A stretch of 64,000 nt of DNA, taken from contig NC_135895.1 of assembly GCF_964194155.1 (NCBI RefSeq), positions 23,498,001 to 23,562,000 on the forward strand, in the 5' to 3' direction. The notes under the pieces were generated by a model. That model had not been told where the DNA came from, searched no databases, and saw nothing but the letters and a program-made list of their open reading frames with translations. This document shows positions 38,809 to 50,274 of the stretch, piece after piece (position 1 is the first letter of the stretch; each line of letters starts with the position of its first letter). The translations under genes and the position numbers were made by a program. The stretch is from Cetorhinus maximus (Eukaryota).

Positions 38809-41167
38809 TTTCCATTCTGTTGCCAGTCCAGATCCCTTCCAAAGGATTGTATTGAATAATGGATTTAAATGCTATGGAGGGATTTGAAAATCATAGAATA
38901 GAATTTTATTGTCAAAATTTTGCTCAATTGGGAGCTAACGTAGGTCAGTGACCACAGGCACAATAGGGGAACGGGACTTGCTGCAAGTTTTGGATGACCT
39001 CAAGATTTTTTTAATTAATTCATGCGATGTAGGTGTCGCTGGCTAGGCCAGCATTTATTGCCCATCCCTATTTGTCCTTGAGAAGGTATTGGTGAGCTGC
39101 CTTCTTGACCGCTGCAGTCCACAGTGCACCCACAGTGCTGTTAGGGAGGGAGTTCCAGGATTTTGACCCAGTGACACTCAAGAAACGATGATATATTGCC
39201 AAGACAGGATGGCAAGTGGCTTGGAGGGGACCTTTCAGGTGGTGGTGTTCCCATGTATCTACTGCCCTTATCCTTCTAGATGGTAGTGGTCATGGGCTTG
39301 GAAAATGTTACCTAAGGAGCCTTGGTGAGTTCCTGCAGTGCATCTTATAGATGGGGTATACTGCTGCCTCTGTGTGTCGGTGGTGGAGGGAGTGAATATT
39401 TGTGGATGGGATGCCAATCGAGTGGGCTGCTTTGTCCTGGATGGTGTCAAGCTTCTTGAGTGTTGTTGAAGCTGCACTCATCCAGGCAACTGGAGAGTAT
39501 ACCATCACACTCCTGTCTTGTGTCTTGTCGATGGTGGACAGAGTTTGGGGAGTCAGGAGGTGTGTTACTTGCTGCAGGATTTGAAGCCTTTGACCTGCCC
39601 TTGTGGCCACAGTATTTATATAGTTAGTCCAGTTCAGTTTCTGGCCAATGGTAACCCCCAGGATGTTGGTATTGGGGTATTCAATGATGGTAATGCCATT
39701 GAATGTCATGGGGCGATGGCTAGATTCTCTCTTGGAGATGGTCATTGCCTGGCACCTGTGTACCGTTAAATTTACTTGCCACTTGTCAGCCCAAACCTGG
39801 ATATTGCCCAGGTCTTGCTGCATTTGGACGTGGACTGCTTCAGTATCTGAGGAATTGCAAATAGTGCTGAACATTGTGCAATCGTCAGCGGACACCCCCA
39901 CTTCTGACCTTATGATGGAAGGAAGGTCATTGATTAAGCAGTTGAAGATGGCTGGGCCTAGGACATTACCCTGAGGAGCTCCTGCAGTGATACCCTGGAA
40001 CTGAGATGATTGACCTCCAATAGCCACAACCATCATCCTTCATGCTAGGCATGACTCCAATCAATGGGGATCAGGAGGAAAACTCTCCGCTTTGTCCAGT
40101 CTTGCTCGGGCTCCATGATGCCACACTCTATCAAATGCTGCCTTGATATCAAGGCCAGTCACTCTCATCTCACCTCTGGAGTTCAGTTCTTTTGTCCATG
40201 TTTGAACCAAGGCTGTAATGAGGTCGGGAGGTTAGTGGCCCTGGCAGAAGCCAAACTGCGCATCCGTGTACAGGTTATTGCTAAGTAAGTGCTGCTTCTT
40301 AGCACTGTTGATGATCCCTTCCATTACTGATCGAGAGGAAACTGATGGGGTGGTAATTAGTCAGGTTGAATTTGTCCTGCTTTTTGTGTACAAGACATAC
40401 CTGGGCAATTTTCCACATTGCTGGGTAGATGCCAGTGTTGTAGCTGCACTGGATCAGCTTGGCTAGGGGCATGGCACGTTCTGGAGCACAAGTCTATTAC
40501 TATTGCTGGAATATTGTCGAGGCCTGTAGCCTTTGCATTATCTAATGCCTTCAGTTGTTTCTTGATATCATGTGGAGTGAATCGAATTGCCTGAAAACTG
40601 GCATTTGTGATGCTGAGGACCTCCAGAGGAGGCTGAGATAGATTGTCCCCTCGGTACTTCTGGCTGAATATTGTTGCAAATGCCTTATCTTTTGCACTGA
40701 TGTGCTGGGCTCCCCTATCATTGAGGGTGGGGCGTATTGGTGGAGCCTCCACCTCTAGTTCGTTTAATTGTCCATTCACGACTGAATGAGGCAGGATTGC
40801 AGAGCCTAGATCTGATTCGTTGGTTGTGGAATTGCTTATCTCTGTCTATTGCTTGTCGCTTACGCTGTGGGCACGCAAGTAGTTCTGTGTTGTAGCCTGG
40901 TGCTGCCCCGGCATGCCTTCCTGCACTCTTCATTGAACCAGGGTTGATCCCCTGGTTTGGTGGTCAGTGTAGAGTGGGGGATATGCTGGGCTGTGAGGTT
41001 ATAGATCGTTCTTGTGTACAATTCTGCTGCTGTTGATGGCCCACAGTGCCTCATGGTTGCTAGATTTGTTCAAAAGCTGACCCATTTAGCACAGTGGCAG
41101 TGCCACACAACAAGATGGGGGCTACCCTGAATCTGAAGATGGTACTTGTCTCACTCCTACCAATACT

Positions 41168-41560
41168 TATTTTAAAATTATTTTGTGAGGTGTGGGTGTC
41201 ACTATTAAAGCCAGCTTTTGTTGCCCATCCGTAATTGCCCTTGAACTGACCTTGCTAGGTCATTTCAGAGGATAGCTAAGAGTTAACCACATTGCCGTGG
41301 GTCTGAAGTCATGTGTAGGCCAGATCCGGTAAGGATGTCGGATTTCTTTCCCTAAAGGCCATTAGTGAACCAGATGGTTTTTTGTGACAATCGATAGTTT
41401 CATGGTCACTATCACCGAGACTAGCTTTATATTCCAGATTTATTAACTGAATTCAAATTCCACCAGCTGCGGTGGGATTTGAACCTATGTCTCCAGAGGA
41501 TTAACCTGGGTCTCTGGATTACTAGTCCAGTGACATTACCACTACATCACCATCTTCCCC
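41168..41560 (-). mobile_element. tRNA-derived SINE with LINE-derived 3' tail
   Basis: Minus strand has A box TGATGTAGTGG (41549-41539), stem-loop CTGGA-CTAGTAA-TCCAG and B box GGTTCAAATCCC (41485-41474). The last ~65 nt match the LINE 3' end. Confidence 0.85.
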
Positions 41561-41614
41561 TGTCACGGACAGATGCATCTGTGGCAGTAGGTTGGCGAGG
41601 ATGAGGTCAAATAG

Positions 41615-42678
41615 AAACAGAATTACCTGGAAAAACTCAGCAGGTCTGGCAGCATCGGCGGAGAAGAAAAGAGTTGACGTTTCGAGTCCTCATGACCCTT
41701 CAGCAGAACTGAGTAAAGTTAGGAGAGGGGTGAAATATAAGCTGGTTTAAGGTGGGGGGTGGGGTGGGGGGAGAATAGTTGTGGGGGGTGGTGGTGGTAG
41801 TAGGGACAAGCAAGCAGTGATAGGAGCAGATAATCAAAAGATGTCACAGACAAAGTAACAAAGATGTGTTAAAGGTGGTGATATTATCTAAGAGAATGTG
41901 CTAATTAAGAATGGATGGCAGGACACTCAAGGTACAGCTCTAGTGGGGGTGGGGTGGAAAGACTGACAGGGTATTATAGTTATAGATTTAAAAATAATGG
42001 AAATAGGTGGGAAAAGAAAAATCTATATAAATTATTGGAAAAAACAAAAGGGAGGGGGAAGAAACGGAAAGGGGGTGGGGATGGAGGAGGGAGTTCAAGA
42101 TCTAAAGTTGTTGAATTCAATATTCAGTCCAGAAGGCTGTAAAGTGCCTTTACTAGGACTGAATATTGAATTCAACAACTTTAGATCTTGAACACCCTCC
42201 TCCATCCCCACCCCCTTTCCGTTTCTTCCCCCTCCCTTTTTTTCCAATAATTTATATAGATTTTTCTTTTCCCACCTATTTCCATTATTTTTAAATCTAT
42301 AACCTGTAATGCCCTGTCAGTCTTTCCACCCCACCCCCACTAGAGCTGTACCTTGAGTGTCCTGCCATCCATTCTTAATTAGCACATTCTCTTAGATAAT
42401 ATCACCACCTTTAACACGTCTTTGTTCCTTTGTCTGTGACATCTTTTGATTATCTGCTCCTATCACTGCTTGCTTGTCTCTACTACCACCCCTCACCTTA
42501 AACCAGCTTATATTTCACCCCTCTCCTAACTTTACTCAGTTCTGCTGAAGAGTCATGAGGACTCAAAACGTCAACTCTTTTCTTCTCCGCCGATGCTGCC
42601 AGACCTGCTGAGTTTTTCCAGGTAATTCTGTTTTTGTTTTGGATTTCCAGCATCCGCAGTAGTTTTTTGTTTTTATAT
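41615..42678. mobile_element. Fold-back PLE derivative (~500-bp inverted arms) with 14-bp TSD in SNX7 intron 1
   Basis: TSD ATGAGGTCAAATAG at 41601-41614 and 42679-42692. Arms at 41615-42130 and 42156-~42633, plus a one-sided tail. Encodes the PLE C-terminus GLNIEFNNFRS. Confidence 0.92.
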
Positions 42679-43915
42679 ATGAGGTCAAATAGGTTTTTCC
42701 CCCTCTTTAATTCCCTTACTGCCTGCTGCAGACCCAGTGTAGCAGCTGAGTCTTCTAGGACTTGGCCAGCTCAGTCAGTAGTGGTGCTTCCGAGCCACTC
42801 TTGGTGATGGATGTTGAAGTCCCCCACTCAGTAAACTCTGCGCCCTTGCCACCCTCAGTGCTTCTTCCAAGTGGTGTTCAACATGGAGGAGTACTGATTC
42901 ATCAGTTAAGGGGCGCGGTACATGGTAATCAGCTGGAGGTTTTTGCCCATGTTTGACCTGACGCCATGAGATTTCATGGGATCCAGAGTTGATGTTGCGG
43001 ACTCCCAGGGCAACTCCCTTCCAACTGTATACCATTGTGCCCTCACCTCTCCTGGGTCTGTCCTACCAGTGGGACAGGACACACCCAGGGATGGTGATGG
43101 TAATGTCTGGGACATCACCTGTAAGGTATAATTCCATGAGTATGACTATGTCCGGCTGTTGCTTGACCTGTCTTTGGGAGCCTGAGAAAGCTCAGTCAGA
43201 TTAGTTAAACAAGTTGCTTTCAGCAAATCCATGCTAGTGTTCCTTAATTAGTTCCTGTCAAAGTAATGGTGCGGCGAATGGTGCTGCCTGTAATGTTTGT
43301 GTGAATAGTGCAGCAACTTCAGGTGAGGTACAGATCTACCGTTAAATGTCAGTATCCATACATTGCAATCAGAGTTTTGCCACTGCGCTGTTAGTTTTGC
43401 CAAAATGGCATTTCGCAATCTGCCTCACCATTGGCATGCTTTGATTGTTGTGAAGCTGCTGTATTTGTGAGAACTAAACCCAATGCAAATATTTAGCTAG
43501 CAATCAGTAGTGCAAATACCCTTTTAGTGATGTGATAACTGCTAATTTCTGCCAATCAACCTCTGGAACTGGAAATTAACTGATTGGTTAGCTGATGTGG
43601 AGACTGTTCCTTCGGGTTTTAAATTTTTAGGTAAGACTTTAAAATGTCAAATTTAAAAAAACCTTTTGTCCTTTTTTTCTCCTTCTCAACTCGATCACCC
43701 TTTTCCAATTGAATTTTCCCTGTTTTCCCCCTATTTGACATTGAATTTCCCCTCCAACTTTCTGCAATTCATTAAAGTGAAGCTACGGGAAATCCGATTG
43801 TAGCTTCGATGAACTAGAAAACTGGGTAGTGTTGCCTAAAAAATTTATTTCTAAGTTGGTAACAAAAAGCTACAGTATTGGTCTTCAATTTTTTAATGAT
43901 TTGTCATATTTGAAT

Positions 43916-44095
43916 AGAAAATGCTGGAAATACTCAGGTCAAGCAACATCTGTGGAGAATAAAAACAGTTCTGAAGTAAGGCCACCGATCTGAAAGGATA
44001 ACTTACATGCTGCTTGGCTTGCTGAGTATTTCCAGCATTTTCTGTTTTTACTTCAGATTTCCAGCATTCGCTGTATTTTGCTTTTGTATTAGTTC
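43916..44095. mobile_element. Older miniature fold-back PLE derivative with 12-bp TSD
   Basis: TSD TCATATTTGAAT at 43904-43915 and 44096-44107. Arms AGAAAATGCTGGAAATACTCAG / CTGAGTATTTCCAGCATTTTCT. Decayed hammerhead AGTT-CTGAAG...GAAA...AACT. Confidence 0.8.
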
Positions 44096-44371
44096 TCATA
44101 TTTGAATTTTGATCACATTTTGTCCTTGTTTGCCAATTTCAATTTGTAAAATTCAATTCAAAACTTCACAACACACAACTCCTGGGTTGTACTTTTATTC
44201 AAAATATAACAATACAAATTAATACACCTGTTCATTGAGTGTAAAAGAATAGGATCTTAACAAGATCAAATTATACTTAAGTTCCATGCATGGCTTCATG
44301 CAATAACTACTTATGCTAACAGGATTTCTATTTTGATCTCAACAGTCCTTTTTTTTTCTGCCTTCCAACAG

Positions 44372-44554
44372 GATGCTAGTTTCACCGATGCAAGTTCATT
44401 CAGTATCTCCATGCAAACGTCTCCATCTTCTATGATCAATCAGCACACTTTGGAAGATGAACCTGACAGCAAAGATATTTTTGTCACAGTGGATGACCCA
44501 GAAAATCATGTCACAGCAATTGAAACTTTTGTCACTTACAGAATTACTACAAAG
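44372..44554 (+). CDS. SNX7: Sorting nexin 7, coding exon 2 (start of PX domain)
   Basis: Polypyrimidine tract and CAG acceptor. DASFTDASSFS...EDEPDSKDIFVTVDDPENHVTAIETFVTYRITTK. Donor AAG|GTAAAA, 183 nt. Confidence 0.95.
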
Positions 44555-45804
44555 GTAAAAGAATATAGTTACTAATGAATGTGGTTCCAATATTTAATTC
44601 AGAAAACTAGTAATTTTGATAACATTTTGTTGTAAAATAATCAAAAATAAAATTTGCAAGTAAATCATAGTTTATTATGAATGATGGAAGAAACCTGGCA
44701 AGTAACTACAAAACTTAAGTGTGATGCTCAGGCCCTACAACCCATATTGCCAGGTGTAGAATCAAAGATGTTGTGATCAGCTCATCATGAGGTATATTTC
44801 ATGGTGATCTAACATGCTTTTGATTTCCGACATGAAAATGATTCCAAATCTGAATTATTTAATTATTTCTCCAGCCTTTAGAGTTTTTGTTTTGTTGGGT
44901 ACTTTTTGAAGAGGATGATCACTAGAGAGTATTGTTAGTCAGGCTTTTAGCGTTGTTTCATGTAGTTGTAAATTACACCCAAGTAACCCCACAAGCTGCT
45001 AATTTGAATGTTATTCACTGGTACACATGGTCACTTTGATGCAAAATGGACTTTACCAGATGCTGGATGTTTTAAATTTACAAATAACTAAATCTTTGCC
45101 TAAAGCTGTTAACATTTCAAGTAACCTTCAAAACATTGGCATTTCACCCAACTGTGATTTCCTGGCTGTTCACCACACAAGTTAACATAAATACTAAATC
45201 TAGCATACTTGTGCTTTAATGGGATTGATTTAAAGTAAAATCTACTAACTTTTGGCAATAAAATATGTAAGGTTGCATTTCAAGATCATAGCGAACAGGT
45301 CTTGTAGCCTAATCTTATTTTTACTTTATTCTTAAAATTAATGCTGTTAACACACAGTTGAACTGCAAATTTATGTCTGCCTTTGAAATGTAATTGAACA
45401 TATTCTGTTGTTAATAAACTCTATATTGCAATATGAAGCAGTTTTACTATTTCCTTGAATATTGTAATTAAAAGTTTGTTTCTGGTCTTAGAAGTTGGGT
45501 GTCTTAGATGCCTTTCTTTTCCAGACAGTGTTTACTTAATGACGGATGGATATTTAGATAATGTTTGTGAGAAATTTTCAGTTTGTATTTCCCCAATGTG
45601 CCCCTTTCAATTAACTTGTAAATAGGGACTCGGTGATGAATTTTAAATATTGAAGCGCAGAATAATGACAACTCTTAAGATTTTACCCAATTAAGAGCCT
45701 TTCTGAAAATTGAGCAATGAAATTGCTGCTTTTCATTTAATTTCGGCTTTATTGACAGTTCCCAAAGAAACTAACGTGCTTCATGTACGAACCAATATAT
45801 AAGG

Positions 45805-46775
45805 CGTGCACTTGACAAGCTGCGCTTTGCTCAGGACTTCAAGGCTTGTTTGCCTACCTTGCTTCGGTCAGCGCTCGCAGTCATCAGCGCCGGGTTTCAC
45901 AGACAGCACCACATCACTTTTAGGGGGGGCTTACGGGAATGTCTCTACCTACCAGATCAGCCACATGTGGGTGGCTTTTCAATGGCTGCAAGGTTAAAGC
46001 TTGCTTGGGGAAGAGGGAGAAGTGGCCTTAGGCAAGGGAAGTGGCTGTAGGACGAGGGCTGTACTGCAGAAAGAGGGCATCCCAGGATGTGTGTGTGGGG
46101 GAGGTACATGTTGACCTGTGCAAGTGGCCTCAAGATGGTGAGGGCTGAGGAGGCAGTCTCCAGGGGCCAGGTGGACATGTGAGGGTGCGTGTGTGTGAAA
46201 GAATGGGTGATGATGTCCCTCGAGCTGGCAGAGAGTGAATGTGTGATGGACTTGAGTGTGAGAGTTTAGAGTGAAGAGATGGTTGCCATACCCTGGCTGC
46301 TTAGATGAGATCATTCATCCTCCATCTGCATTGGACGGCTGAACTTTTCAGTGCAGCATTGGCACTGATCACCACTGCCATCGCCTACCAAGCCAGAGTG
46401 GTAATGTTGCTGCCCCTCCAGCCAGAACGGATGTAGAAGATATCACAGTGGGCCTCCACAGTGTCCAAAAGGCACTCGAGCTGCAGTCTTCTTCCCTTTC
46501 GGGGCCATGTCTTCTTTGCAGCAGCCCTGGGCTGGAAGTGCTGAGCGTGGCTGTACTTTTAAAGTGGTGCCTGGTGTGATGAACTGGTAAGGTGACAGCG
46601 TGGCAGGCGAATCGGAGCCTGCCCGCCATTAAAATGGCATGTACCCTGGGAATGCATAAGTAACGTGACAGGTTTGGGATGATACGGCGTGAAAAGCTGC
46701 CATTGCAGATGACGGGTAAAGTGTAGTTTTTCCTGCCCGCTACCGCACTTAGGACGGAATCGTCCCAGATTTGCA
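45805..46775 (-). mobile_element. PIF/Harbinger-like remnant with a Myb/SANT-like DNA-binding exon (46508-46292)
   Basis: Minus-strand translation MAPKGKKTAA / LECLLDTVEAHCDIFY...AW*AMAVVISANAALKSSAVQCRWRMNDLI fits the trihelix Myb/SANT pattern of Harbinger ORF2. The block is GC-rich. Confidence 0.6.
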
Positions 46776-47569
46776 CTTGTTCCTCTCTCTACAGACGCTA
46801 CCAAACCTGCAGAAATTTTCCAGCACTTTGTTTTTATTACTGAGAGCATCGTTTTTAACATATTCAGCATTGACAAGAAGCCAAAATTTTTGTTCTCTTT
46901 TGGTGGATAAGAAAGCCGTCATTTTTACTATATTGTACCACAAGCAGTGAGATTGGCTTTTCTGGAAAATAAGACAGTGGAAACCTGAAAATTTGCCAGT
47001 ATTGCGAGAAGCTTTATTAATAGAGCGGTAACAACACTTGAAAAATGCACCAGAAAGTGTCGAGACAAAGTAGAGGAAACCATGCAGGGATCCTGTTCTC
47101 TGCTGGGAAAGTCAGACTGAATAGAAGTGCTAATGATGAATTTTGGCTGAGATATGGTAAGGCCCAAACAGGAGTCGATTGTTAGAGTAACTGAGGCTGC
47201 ATAAGGATTGTGCTAAGTAGCTTAATTGCAAAATTTATACATCAACTGAATTATGTTGATCACGATTAGAGGCTTGGGAGTGAGGCAGGAGCTGAATTGG
47301 ACCAGGTGGCTGATGTGAGAATAACTAGTAAACATTTGATAAGCTGAATGGCCTGTTGCTGTGCTGTCATTTTCAATGAGTCTGACTTCAGATGGAAAAG
47401 AAGTTAGATTATTTTCATTGGCTCCCATGGCTTTTAAGCTAGGAATAGAACCATCAACTGAGGTTCCTTTTTCCCTGTTACTTGAAAGACCATGTGTGAA
47501 TGTCTTTTGAGAACAGTACCAGGCTTGACTGTGGCGCTGGTTTTATTTTTTGATGCCCACATTGATTAA

Positions 47570-49585
47570 CTATTGCTCATCCCTAATTATCTTTGAGAAG
47601 CTAGCAATGAGTCACCCACTTGAACTGTTGCAGTCTGTGTGGTTAACCTATTTCTAGAGTGCTATTAAAGTGGGAGTTCGAGGATTGTGACCCAGCTACG
47701 ATAAAGGAAAAAGGATCTATTTCCAAGTTGAGATGTGTGACTTGGAAGAGAACTTTGAAATGGTGGTATTCCCATGTGCTTGTTGCCCTTGTCCTTTTAG
47801 ATGGTAGAAGTTGTGGATTTGGGAGGTGCTGACAAAGAAGCCTTGGCGAGTGGCTGCAATGCATCTTGTAGATGATGCATTCTGCAGCATGATGCAGCAG
47901 TGGAGGGAGTGGATGTTTGAAGACGATTGAATCTGGTGCTAATCAAACAAATTATCGGATTGGCGGGCCTGAGAGCGGCCGGGAAATGGACCACCGACCG
48001 CGATCTGCCCCCAACCGCAATTTCATGCTGGCTGGCCAATTAACAGCCAGCCAGTGTGAAGTGCGCACTGAAATGCTGATTGGGGGGGTGGGGTGGCGAG
48101 AAGAAGGCGGACACTGATGTAAGCGTGGGCGTGGGTGGGCGCAGAATGAAAGCTCCCTGAAGGCAGAGATCCACCTCGGAGCTGAAAACTTCAAAAGTAT
48201 TAAATAATGATTTTAAAATCAGAACAAAATGTCCAAGCATCACAAACAGTCACCTGAACATATACATTATAAAAATTCTGTCCATAGATTTTTTTTTTAA
48301 TAACGGAAACCCCATCCCGCCCTTGGATGAGGTTTCATGAAAAATGCAAAGGCCACCTGGTTGATTTGCCGATTCGCCGATCCGCCAACCATGAGGCTGG
48401 TCGGACCACAAAGTCGGTGATGATTACAACTTTAATGGGCTTATTTGCCCTCTTGATTGTCAGCGGGCGCGCTTCTGACTTTGGCGTGCGCCTGCCGACT
48501 GAAATATCGCGTGAACGTGGGATGACGTCAGGACGCTTGCCCGACATCATCATGCACTGTTTTACGCTCGAGTGGGTCAGGCGCGCCCGCACACCACCTG
48601 AATGTTGTCCAGGTCTCGCTATATGCAAGCATGAACTGCTTCATTTTCCGAGATGTTTTGAATGGATTGAACCCTGTGAAATTATAAGTGAATATCCCTA
48701 CTTCTGACCTTATGATGGTGGGAGTATCACTGACGAAACAACTGAAGATTGCTGGGCATTGAACACTGCCCTGAGGAACTCCTGTGGTGTCCTGGAGATG
48801 ATTGGCCTCCAACAACCACAAAAAATTTCCTTTGTATTAGGTATTACTCCAGCTATTGGAGAGTTTTCCCCTTGATTCCCATTGACTTCAATTTTACTAG
48901 GGTTCTTCGATGCCACATTTTGTCATATGCTGTCTTGATGTCGAGAGCAGTCACTCCCACCTACCTGCTGGAACTCAGCTACTTTTTCCATTAATTGGAC
49001 CAAGGCCTGCAGCCGAGTGACCCTGGCAGAACTAATCAGTGAGCAGGTTATTGGTGCGAAAATGCCATTTGACAGCCAAGTTGATGAGCCCCTCCACTGC
49101 TTTGCTGCTGATTGAAAGGTGAATGGGACAGTAATTGGGCTGATTGTATTTGCCCTATGTATTGCTGCAAAGAGCATACCTGAGCATTTAAAAAATTGTT
49201 GGGTAGATGCCAGTCTTTCAGCTGTATTGGAACAGCTTGGCTCAAGGCAGACCTAGTTACAGAGCACAAGTCTTCAACACTGCCGCGGGATGTTTTCAGG
49301 GCCCATAGCTCTTCCTACATCCAGTGCACTCAGCTGCTTTTTGATATCATGCAGATTGAATTGAATTGGTGGAAGACTAGCATCTGTGTTGGTAAGGACT
49401 TCGGGAGGAACTTGAGATCGATCATCACTCAGTACTTCTGATTGAAGATGGTTGCAAATACTTCCGTCTTATATTTTGCACTCACGTTCTGGGCTCTGCC
49501 ATCATTGAAGATCGGGATGTTTATGGAGTCTCTCTTCCTCACGTTAGTTGTTTAATATCAACCAGCATTCACGACTGGATGCGAC
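47570..49585 (-). mobile_element. Diverged APE-RT LINE copy with a nested GC-rich insert
   Basis: GVPQGSVQCPAIFSCF motif. Collinear with 53990-55770 outside 47945-48598. Confidence 0.8.
47945..48598. mobile_element. CpG-rich non-autonomous element (MITE-like, unclassified) nested in a LINE
   Basis: GC-rich ends around an AT-rich core, with partially complementary AATTAAC/GGCCAAT and GCGGGCG blocks. It interrupts LINE collinearity. Confidence 0.45.
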
Positions 49586-50163
49586 CAGTTTGTCATTGTA
49601 TAGTAAGTAGGTGCTCGCTGTCTAGGCTTGTGAAAAATGGTTAATTAATAAAATATAGTTGAGGGCTTCTACCCGACATGCAACTGTTCCAGAAGAGAGA
49701 GTATTTTCAAGAATGGAGAAAAGGAGTGATAGTTGGTCAGGGGAAATCAAAAAAAAATTGGAAGAACTGAATGTCTATTTTGCTACTTTAAGTTGCTAAA
49801 TTCATTTTGATAAGTAATTTTATTTAAATTAACAGGATTCGACTGTATTCCAGAGATTTTTATATCATCACTTGCTTCACACAGCTGAACCAGTTTTCTA
49901 TTTTGCTATTAACACTTAAGATTTAATTATTTGATTGAGCATTATTTGTCGTCATCTTATGTGCTGCAAGTTCATTACCGTCCCTGTATAGCATGGTAGT
50001 CTTCAGCTATTCAGCCTAAATAAATCCTTGAACAATTTGTTTTGCAATAACCTCAATGTCTTAAAGGATGGCTTTTGTAATGTAAAAAGTCTGTTTGTCT
50101 ATTTCAAAATAATCTGTACTATTGTTCTGTATATGAACTTTCACAATGCTATTTATTTTATAG

Positions 50164-50274
50164 ACCACTCGAAGTGAATTTGATTCTTGTGAGTATGAAG
50201 TTCGTAGACGTTATCAAGATTTCTTGTGGCTAAAGGACAAACTTGAAGAAGCACATTCTACTTTAATTGTTCCT
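50164..50274 (+). CDS. SNX7: Sorting nexin 7, coding exon 3 (PX domain)
   Basis: TAG acceptor. [37 protein letters not shown] contains the PX RRY motif. Donor CCT|GTAAGC, 111 nt. Not in the ORF track. Confidence 0.95.

Larger units (their letters stand above)
39006..43178 (-). mobile_element. APE-RT LINE copy (CR1/L2/Jockey-group, clade unresolved) with nested SINE and PLE
   Basis: GAPQGNVLGP, SADDCT and KLNWTNYINTVATRAGQRL motifs, with APE fragments at 42690-43178. Collinear with 53955-57200. Confidence 0.88.

Noticed and set aside
41470-41560. tRNA gene (also 57560-57641)
   Set aside because: A/B boxes and one arm are present, but there is no proper acceptor stem and it is fused to retroelement sequence. 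It is a SINE/LINE head.
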